From positions 72,168,001-72,232,000 of the forward strand of contig NC_083236.1 in assembly GCF_032191835.1 (NCBI RefSeq): 64,000 nt of DNA. The letters are read 5' to 3'. The DNA comes from Heteronotia binoei (Eukaryota). Both the position numbers and the translations under genes were made by a program. Shown here piece by piece: positions 53,897-64,000 of the stretch (position 1 is the stretch's first letter; every line of letters starts with the position of its first letter). Below the pieces are notes generated by a model. The model saw only the letters and a program-made list of their open reading frames with translations. It had not been told where the DNA came from and did no database searches.

Positions 53897-54341
53897 GGTT
53901 GAAACCCTTGGGACTCTTTAGCTTGGAGAAACGTCGACTGTGGGGTGACATGATAGAGGTTTACAAGATAATGCATGGGATGGAGAAGGTAGAGAAAGAA
54001 GTACTTTTCTCCCTTTCTCACAATACAAGAACTCGTGGGCATTCCATGAAATTGCTGAGCAGACGGGTTAAAATGGATAAAAGGAAGTACTTCTTCACCC
54101 AAAGGGTGATTAACATGTGGAATTCACTGCCACAGGAGGTGGTGGCAGCTACAAGCATAGGCACCTTCAAGAGGGGGTTAGATAAAAATATGGAGCAGAG
54201 GTCCATCAGTGGCTATTAGCCACAGTGTGTGTGTGTGTGTGTATATATATAAAAAAAAAAAATTGGCCACTGTGTGACACAGAGTGTTGGACTGGATGGG
54301 CCATTGGCCTGATCCAACATGGCTTCTCTTATGTTCTTTTG
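53897..54341 (+). mobile_element. 5'-truncated CR1 inserted in DIRS leader
   Basis: LGLFSLEKRRLWGDMIEVYK...; 9-bp TSD GTTCTTTTG at 53888-53896 and 54333-54341. Confidence 0.92.
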
Positions 54342-57139
54342 CCACCATGGAAGAAGTGTACCCAATGCTCAGCAAACATGACCAAGGCTGACGACCAAAT
54401 GTGTATTTTATGTTTGGGAGAAACACACAATGTCAATGCATGTGACGTATGTAAAAAATTTACCAATAAAACCTGCTCAGACCGCTGGGCAAGGGTCTGC
54501 ACTGCTATGTGGGAGAAAGTTTGGAAAGAGAATGCCACAAAACCATCAGCCTCAGCAGCAGGTAATCCGTCAGAAGACGTAGCAGAGGCCCCGGGACCGT
54601 CCAGCTGCTCTGAGCATTCTTTCCCCCCTTCCGGCATGGTAGCGGAGCCGGACCGCACCACCGTGCCGATGCGTGCGGCCTCAGAGCCCCCTGTCAAAAA
54701 ACAGGGATAAAACGAAGCATAAGGCCAAGTGGTCACACTCAAGCCACACCCAGAGGCATACCGATGTCCAAAGCGACCTACTACCATACACCCCAGGGTC
54801 TCAAAGGACTCCAGAGCCCCGGTTCCCAACTGGAACGTCTTCCCCAGTGTATTGATTGCCAAGATATCGTTCCTCCCACCCATCTCCCATAGCCACCATT
54901 TGGGATAGAAACTTAGGGGACCCATGGGAAGAGGATGAGGCGTCCTGGTTCGCCGGGCCCTTGTTACCCATCATACCATATCCTGACCGGTGGAGGAGAT
55001 GCCCAGGGACATGCTAACCGCACCAACATCCCCAGTGGCAACAACACAAGATTATACAATGGCGGACCGCAAACTGGCACCTACTACAGACATGTTGCGC
55101 CTGTCCCCAGACCAAATGAAACGGATCTCACAGGCTTTGGACTTGCCAGTATTACCTTTCAACCCAAAACCCAAGGAAAAATAATGGGCCGATTATATGC
55201 CAATGCCCTGGAACCAGGGGCTTTTCCATTCATTAAAGAAATCTTGGAAGCTACGCAAGAGCTGTGGAAAAAGCCAGCGTCCTTGCCAGCAAACTTCCTC
55301 AGAGTAGAAAACCTTTACAGGACGCATCCGTTTTGACGCCCTTTTTTGCCCATCCCATACCTTCATTCCTCATAGTGGATGAGATGGAGGTCCGCTATCG
55401 CTCTGGTCTGCAGTCCACACCCTCCGATAAGGAAGGAAAGAAAATTGATGCCATTGCACGCAAATCTTACGCAGCAGCGGCACTTATGTCAGCATATGGA
55501 CTATTTATACAGGAGCAGCTGCAGCCCCTGAGTCAGACTTTGCCCAAACAGGACAGCCCTGGCCTCTGTGCTCCATTCGGAAGCGCTCCATTTGGCAAAG
55601 CAGCAGCTCAGAGCTACAAAGCATGCAGCAGACACTTCCATAAGAGGCAGGGCATCCGCAATAGTTTAGCATAGGCACGCATGGAAGCGCTCCACAGCCC
55701 TGCGCCAGGATGCTCGCAGCCGAATTGAAGAGCTGCCCTTTGAAGGGGAAAAGAAAAAGAACACATGGCAGCTCCAGTATCCTCTGCAACGGGCATGCAC
55801 TCAACAGTGCAACCGACATCCCGTAGAGGCCAACAATGAGGCCAGGGCTCACACATGCTACAACAACAGCAACGCAACCTACCTGCCCCAAAACCGCTCT
55901 TCTGACAATCTGAAACCCCAGCGGTCACATTCCAGGCTGGCTTGACCCCTTACTTTCAGGAATGGCAAGCGATTACTAATGATGCCTGGGTATTACAGAT
56001 AATTTGGCAAGGGTACAAGTTAGAATTCAAGAGTTTCCCCCCTCTGTTCTACCCCTCTCTTTGCCCCCGCCCTTCCCACCTGTCCACCCAGTTAGCAATA
56101 GATAGTTGTTAGAAAAAGCAGCAGTTAGACAAGTAAGCCAACAGGAGGATGCAAAGGGTTTCTACTCCCCATTCTTTGTAATTCCCAAAATGGATGGCGG
56201 AATACGATCAATCCGAGATTTAAGAATGTTGAATTTATTGTTATATGTTAAAAAGTTTAAAATGTTTCATTACAGATGCTGTCACAGTTTCTTAATAACA
56301 CAAACTGGTTCACCGTGATAGATCTTAAGGACGCTTATTTCCATATTCACATCCACCAGGACAACCAGCACTTCCTGCGCTTTGTAGTGAACCAGGAAAT
56401 ATTTCAATATATATCACTACCCTTCGGCATAGCCCTAGGGTTTTCAGTAAGGTAATGGCAGTAGTTATCGCACATTTACGCAAACAGGGCTGCGTAGTCT
56501 TTCCATATCTCGATGATTGGCTGCTGGTCTCAAACTCCCTACAATGCTATTAGCCACAGACTGCTGCACTAAACTTGGCCTACACATTAATTGGGGGAAA
56601 ACTTGATTAACCCCAACGCGTATGGTCACGTTCATAGATTCCACAAGAGGGGATTATTTTTGCTGGCAGAAAGTAAGGCAGAAATTCAGTGATTATATCC
56701 ATACAAGCGGCCAGAGCAATCCAAGTACTCTTGGGGCTCATGGCAGCAACAGTATCTGTTGTCCCATATGCCCGACTCCATATGTGTCCTCTACAGAACT
56801 GGTTCGTACACAAATACACTCCAGCACTTTAACATCCAATGGAAAAGCTCTCAATCCCTCGACGGATCATACGCACATTACAGTGGTGGACACAAGACAC
56901 ATCTCTGACAAGGGCATAGTGTTTGGCCCATTTATACCAACAAGGGTTCTTACCACAGATGCTTCCCGCACAGGGTGGGGCACTTACCTAGGCACTGAAA
57001 CCGTACATGGCATATGGTCAGCATATGACAGTTTGCTACATATAAATGTGTTAGAACTGAAAGCGATACGTTATGCCCTTAACCACTTCACAGGCCTCCT
57101 ACTGATCCGAACGGACAACACTTCCGCAGCCTACTATAT

Positions 57140-60100
57140 CTTTATTTTGCAATATATTGTTATAATACTCTTAAAAATTAATATGAAATTAACACCAATA
57201 CATTGCATTTTTTCCCTTCCCTCCTCTCCTCCCATCCTTTCAAGACCCCCGCCGGTGTTTACTAAATTTACTAAAAAAAACCAAGGTAAATCTAATCCTA
57301 GAATCTTCATATTGAAAACCTTATAACCAACATAAAAAATAGAAACTAAAGAAAAAACCAAACCCTATAGATTCCTCATAGTCCATCCTTACTCTTTTCT
57401 TTTATAAAAAAAGATTTAAAAAAATACAAATCGCACAGTAAAAAGAAAAAACCCAAAGAAAATTATTATTTTGTATTTTTAGTCCATTAGTCCACAGGAT
57501 TTCAGCTGCTGTCAAAAATCACTAAATGCCCCTTTATCTTACAGTATTTTTCCACATATTTTTGAAATTTCTTCCATTCACTTTTAAATTTCTCCAAATC
57601 ATAATCTTTTAAGATTTTTGTGAGTTTGTCCATTTCACTCCAAAACAAAACTTTCAAAATCCAATCCCATTTTTCTGGTATTTTATTTTGCTTCCATAAT
57701 TGCGCATATAATGTCCTTGCAGCTGAAAGCAGGTACCACACAATCGTTCTGTCATGTTTTGGAAAATTTTCCATTTGTAATCCCAACAAAAAAATATTTG
57801 GAGACCTCTGAATGTCATAACCTAAAATTATTGACATTTCTTTCTGAATCATTAGCCAAAATTGTCTTGCCTTTTCACAAGTTTACCACATATGGTAGAC
57901 AGAACCTTCATTTTTTTTACATTTCCAACATCTATCTGACACCTGGTTATTAATTTTTGCCAATTTCTTAGGTGTCATGTATGACCTATATAGCATTTTA
58001 AAGCAATTTTCTTTAATATTGTAACATGTCAATATTCTCATAGAGTTCTTCCATAGATACTCCCATGTTTCCATCTTTATTTCTTTGTTAAAATTGATTG
58101 CCCATTTTATCATTTGAGATTTCACTACTTCATCTTCCGTAGACCATTTCAATAATAATTGTAAGTTCTTGAAATCAACTTTTCATTGTCCCCCAACAGC
58201 ATCCTTTCCAATTCTGTTTGTTCTAATCTTATACCTTCATTTTTGATACCCTGTTCTACCAAACTTTTAATTTGTTGCAATTGAAACCAATTGTATTTAT
58301 ACTGTAGATCTTCAGCCGATTTAAATTCCACTTTTCCTCCATTTATTTTTAATTGTTTAAATGTTAACCGCATCTCATCTTCAGTATCTAATGATAGCTT
58401 TATTACTTCTGTTGGCACAATCCATAATGGCTTTCTCTCATCTCCATATTTTTTTATATTTTGACCAAGTATTTAACAAATTTCTTCTTATATAGTGATG
58501 TGAAAAAAAACCATCCATCTTGTTTTTCCCATAATACATATAAGCATGCCAACCAAAAACATTTCCATGACCTTCTAGAGCCAATAATTTCTTATTTAAT
58601 AACGTTATCCATTCTTTAATCCACACCAAACATACTGCATCATGGTACAATTTTAAATTCGGCAATTTGAAAACCTTCTCTTTCTTTTGCATCAGTTAAA
58701 ATTTTCATTTTAATTCTTGGTTTTTTTCCCGGCCATTACAAATTCTGAGATCTTCCTTTGCCATTTACTAAATTGTTTATTGTTATTGTTTATTGTTTAT
58801 TGTCCTTCACAATTGTATGGAATTGTTTGAAATAGGAACATCATTCTTGGTAGAACATTCATCTTGATTGCAGCAATTCTGCCCAGCATAGACAAGTTCA
58901 ATTTATTCCATTTAATTAAATCTTCATCAATTTTATGCCAAAGCGTCTCATAATTATTTTTATACAAGTCTATATTTTTCATGGTAATTTCCACACCTAG
59001 ATATTTTACTTTCGCTGCAACTTCACATTTTGTTACCCTTTGTAATTCTTCCTGATGGCTCTTTGTTATATTTTTACACAAAATTTTTGATTTTTCTTTA
59101 TTTACATAGAAACCAGCCAGTTCTCCATATTCTTGTATCTTACGAAGCATCAATGGTGTTACATATATGGGATTTTTGTTGATAAACATTACCTCATCAG
59201 CAAATGCTCTGTACTTGTAAGAAAAACCTTTTATTTTCAGTCCCTCTATTTCCTTATCTTCTTGTATTTGCATAAGCAAAATCTCTAAACTTATTATAAA
59301 TATTAATGGAGATAGAGGGCAACCTTGTCTTGTTCCTTTACTAACTACCATTTTTTTCTGTCAAATCTGCATTTATACAGAGTGTTGCTTGTTGTTCAGT
59401 ATATATTGCCTTAACCATTCTTATAAAATCTTCTCCTAATCCCAATTTCTCCATCACTGCAAACATAAAGTCCCAATTCACATTATCAAAAGCCTTCTCT
59501 GCATCTGCAAAAAATAATGCCACTTCTTTTTCAGGATGTTTCTCATAATATTCAACAATATAACAGTTCTAATATTATCTTTGATTTGTCTCCTGGGAAG
59601 AAATCCTGCTTGTTCCTCTTTAATAAAGTTATTCAAATGTTGTTTGAGTCGTTCTGCTAGTATCCTAGCGTATATTTTATAGTCATTGTTAAGTAATGAA
59701 ATTGGTCTATAGTTTTTAACATTTGTAGTGTCTCTTATCTTCTTTCGGTATCAACGAAATTACTGCTTCCTTCCATGTATTTGGTGTTTTCCCATCAATC
59801 CTTATAATATTCATCAACTTCTGAAGTTTTGGTACTAACTTCTCTACGAGGACTTTATAAAATTTTGCTGTAAAACCGTCTGGACCTGGTGCCTTTCCCA
59901 TTTTCATTGAATTTATTGCAGCTTCAACTTCAATTTTTTCCAGTTGGTTCATTTAAGATCTTTTCCATATTTTCTGTTAAGGGTTTTACTTGAATTTTCT
60001 GTAAATATGCATCTATTTTTCTTTTCTCCACTTTTTGACCTTGAAATAACTTAGCATAGTATTTATGAAATTCCCTTTTAATTCCTTCTTGGTCAACAAT

Positions 60101-60450
60101 TTCTCTGCCTCCTGATCCAATTTTATTAATACATTTATTTCCCCTTTTTTTTCATTTGCCAAGCCAAGCATTTTCCAGGCTTATTTGCTCCTTCAAAGGA
60201 TTTCTGTTGCAGTCTCTTAAGATTCCATTCTCCCTCTTTATTTAACAAATGTCTCAGTTGATTCTGCAATATTGAAATCTCCCTTATTATCTTCTTTTTC
60301 CCAGTCTTTTTTTAAGTTCCTTTTCTTTTTTTCCAATCTCTTTTTGAATGTCCAGCATTTGTCTCTTTGGCTCTCTTATCTTTGTTGTTCATTGTAATTA
60401 AAATACCTCATTACTGCTTTATACGCATCCCACACAGTTTGGAATTGAAT
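57140..60450 (-). mobile_element. L1 LINE ORF2 (post-EN to 3' end), decayed
   Basis: TVWDAYKAVMR, KAPGPDGFTAKFYK, DAEKAFD, GTRQGCPLSP, FADEV; AATAAA at 57146-57141. Confidence 0.92.
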
Positions 60451-63400
60451 GTCCTCCTATCTTCATCGTGGTCTCTGTGCAGTCCCACACATGGGTTTTC
60501 CGGCTGGAACGAACCCGACCTCAGAGAATTTAAAGCTAGCCTAGGCGTTTATTTTGGCGCGCATTCCCTCCTGCTCTGGGGAGCAGGCATCCACTGCGCA
60601 TGCCTGGAGCAAGGGGAAGGCACTCCACCCACCCAGTTTCTTTCTAACCGCCGCTCAGGATAGTCCTTCCTCGTTGCGTCTCCTCAACTTTACTAGCCTT
60701 ATTACCTCTTCAGCCTTCGTATTCCTTCATCATCTCCGTCTTCTTCGATCTTCTACTGGTATCGTACAAAAAATTTTTTTTTCCTGTTTTACTATTGCCT
60801 CATCTTCCTTTCCCTGCCCCGCCTTTCCCGGGCATATGGAAGGAAAGGATCCGGAAACCACTTTTAAAAAGTGTACTCGCTGCAGGATGAAAATCCCCTC
60901 AGCAGATGGACACTCTCAGTGCTTATTTTGTTTGGGGGAGGCCCACAGGACCGACACTTGTACCCATTGCAGCCAATTTGGAAAACAGGTGAGAAAAAAC
61001 TGCGCCGCTAGGCTGAAGAGTCACCTTTTAGAGTCTTCATTGCGGCCTGTGATGTCCCACGCTTTTGGGTCTCAAAACTCGCCACCTTCCCTGACCCCGC
61101 AAAGGGACGTGGCAAAACCGGCAGCTTCAGTGGCATTGGCTCCTAGTTAACCTGGAGCACCGGGACCTAGCAACAGTGATCCATGCGATGGTCACCTCAA
61201 GATTGGACTAGTGTAATGCCCTCTACATGGGGCTGCCTTTGTGTTAAACCCGGAAGCTGCAGCTAGTGCAGAACGCAGCGGCCAGGCTGCTATTAGGACT
61301 CCCGAAATGGGAGCATATACAGCCAAGGCTGCGCGAACTGCACTGGCTGCCAGTTATATACCGGATTCGCTACAAAGTGCTGGTTATTACCTTTAAAGCC
61401 CTATATGGTCAAGGACCTGCCTACCTGAAGGACCGTCTCTCCCCATACGAGCCCCAAAGAGCACTGAGGTCAGCAGGGAAGAACAAGCTGACTGTCCCTG
61501 GGCCAAGGGAGGCGAAATTACAGAGCACTCGGGCACGGGCCTTCTCCGTGGCAGCCCCGTGCCTGTGGAATCAACTCCCGGAAGAGGTGCGGGCCCTGCG
61601 GAGCCTAGACCAATTCCGCAGGGCCTGCAAGACCATCCTCTTTAGGCAGGCTTTCCTAGACTGCTGACAAAGGATGGCCGAACAGATGATCCAACAAAGT
61701 ATAGTGATCCTTGCCATTATATAAATATGTAAATGGATAAATAGCGCCCGGAACATCTCTGCTGCTGTTAAGTTATAAATTATATAAGCTGGATTAGTCT
61801 TAAGATATGTATTTAACTATGTATAATTTTAATGTCGTTTTTAATTATTGTATACCGTATAATGTTTTACTTGAATGTTGTTAGCCGCCCTGAGCCTCCT
61901 AGGCAGGGAGGGTGGGATACAAATAAAATTTAATAATAAAAAATAATAATAACCTAAGTCCGGCAAACATACTAAAAAGTCGGACGAATCCAAGAGAAAG
62001 CACCACTTGGAACCTTCGTCTAAGCGACAGCAGGAGTCAAAAGCTGCATCGAAGTCGACTTCAAGGACCCAACCTGATCCAAGACTTTCGGATATCATGA
62101 GTACAACCTCAGTATCGAAAACGTCGGTATCAGTATCGAAAACTTCGGTATTGAAATCTACAGCACCAATTTCACCAGAACTTTCGATGCCCACTGATGT
62201 GATTGCTGACGAGATCATACGAATTCGATCCCGGTCACCATCCATTCACGAGTCCCTGCCCAAAGACATCTTAGCCACGGAGTCTATGGAACCATCACCT
62301 AGAATCCAAACACAACGAGCCAACCTTCTTGAGGTGCATTCATTCCGTGAGATATTGGCACCAAGAACATTTAAAGATTCTGCTGTTTCCTACTCCATCG
62401 GGAATCCCCAGCTCGTCAGTACCGAGAAAGATCTCCAAGTCGACATAGAGATCGCTATTACTATTATAGCCAGTCTAGACCTCGGTCTCCATCTCCATAC
62501 CGACACCATCACTATTACAGGCCTTCTAGATCACCATCTGCAGAATACCGACATAGGTGCCGTGACCAACCTCGGTACCATGAGGAATCCTATCAACCTC
62601 GGTACTGAGAAGAAGCTCATCATTACAGGCATATTGTAGAGCCACATCACCGGTACCATGATGAAGCCTACTATCGACTCCGACAAGAACCAAAGCAGAC
62701 ATCACCAGCTCCTTCAACATCCACTCTATCAAAACATACAGTACAACTAAACCAACCTATCCTGGCGACAAAACCTTTAACTTTAACGACACGTACTTGA
62801 GAGACCCACGACTCCCGTAGATGCTGCAGAGGATTCCAAAGCCGAAAACTCTGAGTCATCACATTCAATCTCGTCACCAACATCACCTGCATCTGACCTC
62901 TCAAAGCCAGCTGACCTCTCTCCATCTGAGGGATCTAAAGCTTATCTGGATTTACTCACGAACATGGCAAATACACTCAACATAAAACTAACCACAGATC
63001 TGCCAAGAGTATTAGACATGGTCCACGACCTGGTCCATGCTGATTTACCTTCAGGATCCTTCTTACCCATGCTACCTGTCCATTTAGAAGCATTGAAGGA
63101 AGCTTGGGATAAGCCAGCATCAATACCACCAATGTCTAAACGAATTTAATCCCTATACAAAATACATACACCAGATTCGAAATTCTTATTTAATCATCCT
63201 GCTCCAAATTCAATGATTGTGCATTCGTCCTCAAAATCAAAGCAGACACGTCACCCTGTTCCACTGGAGAAAGAAGGAAAGAAGTTGGACACATTGGGCA
63301 GAAAACTCTACTCCCTCTCCACTCCCTCTCATAATTATTTGGCCTATTTTGCTGCCTATACTTTCAATTTATTGTCCCAACTGAATACATTAGTCCCATC

Positions 63401-64000
63401 CTTACCTGAAACTTCACAGAAACAAGCTTCAAAGATACTGCAAGAGCTTAACCGTGTAAGTAAGCAACAAATCAACTCAGTCTGGCACGCTGTTGCTTGC
63501 TCTTCGAGAACCATGGCTACCTCCATTGCCTTACGTAGGTATGCCTGGGTCCATTCCTCATCACTTCAACCTGACATAAAGTTTAAAATAGAAGATTTGC
63601 CCTTTGACGGCCAAGGTCTTTTTAACGCAACCACTGATGACATCTTAACCACAGTAGATGACAACAGAGAGCCAAGAGATTAGGGGTTAGCCAGCAACAA
63701 CCTCAAACTAACAGGCAAAGAGGATGGAAACCATCCTTCTACAAGTGTCCCCGTTCACCCAGGCAAGCTGATTATTGGAAATGCAAAGCTCCACCAGCCA
63801 AGCAACCATTCCATCAGTGACCACGACCACAATCGACTAAGAAGGCGACTATGACCCCGAAACAGTCTCTTTGACTTGCTGATGCCACCATCACCGACAC
63901 ATCATCTCCATCCCCGTACAACAAGACTGCTTCCCTTTTACCCCATGTGGTAATCCATAACATCGGATTCATGGGACCTGGCGATCATCCACAGGGGTTA
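60450..64000 (+). mobile_element. Second DIRS1-like retrotransposon (terminal region + gag), runs off window
   Basis: gag FKKCTRC...DGHSQCLFCLGEAH...CTHC at ~60860; gag C-terminal GKKLDTLGRKLY...EDLPFDGQGLF. Confidence 0.85.
61146..61952 (+). mobile_element. 5'-truncated L2-like LINE inserted in DIRS gag
   Basis: HAMVTSRLD*CN, QNAAARLL...LHWLPV...KAL; (TAA)n tail; flanked by CCTA duplication; removal restores gag frame. Confidence 0.88.

Larger units (their letters stand above)
53750..57139 (+). mobile_element. DIRS1-like retrotransposon (gag, RT, RNase H; decayed; start approximate)
   Basis: gag Zn motif KKCTQC...CILCLGETH...CDVC; RT DLKDAYFHI (~56322) and FPYLDDWL (~56500); RH LTTDASRTGWG...HINVLELKAI...RTDN. 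Confidence 0.88.

Noticed and set aside
53750-64000. Intact or domesticated DIRS/L1 protein genes
   Set aside because: All ORFs are broken by stops and frameshifts; no tyrosine recombinase domain within the window

Overview
Vertebrate (squamate, probably gecko, judged from the SINE/CR1 families) genomic DNA, not prokaryotic. It holds four genes in the order and orientation I recall for human 16q22: IST1 (-, 9 coding exons, 1533-4431), ZNF821 (+, 6 coding exons, 5014-7644), ATXN1L (-, one coding exon, 11059-12954) and AP1G1 (+, 22 coding exons plus a 9-nt microexon, 28701-50550). They form two head-to-head pairs on CpG-island promoters. I built the exon models by hand from splice signals, phase and remembered orthologue proteins. 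The first ~13 kb has no recognisable TEs. AP1G1 introns and the last 10 kb contain CR1, L2, L1, DIRS, Penelope, hAT/Harbinger MITEs and tRNA-derived SINEs, many with readable target-site duplications (TSDs). I cannot demonstrate a new biological system. The best leads are: (1) a ~112-bp minisatellite in the ATXN1L 5' intron that repeats the gene's own CAG|GTGAG splice junction; (2) an inverted Penelope remnant with a hammerhead-like core inside the AP1G1 pre-mRNA; (3) a 14-copy array of the CR1 3' stem-loop; (4) small duplications that copy splice sites in IST1 and AP1G1; (5) a four-level DIRS/L1/DIRS/L2 nest. Family names and human comparisons come from memory, not searches. TE boundaries without TSDs are approximate.
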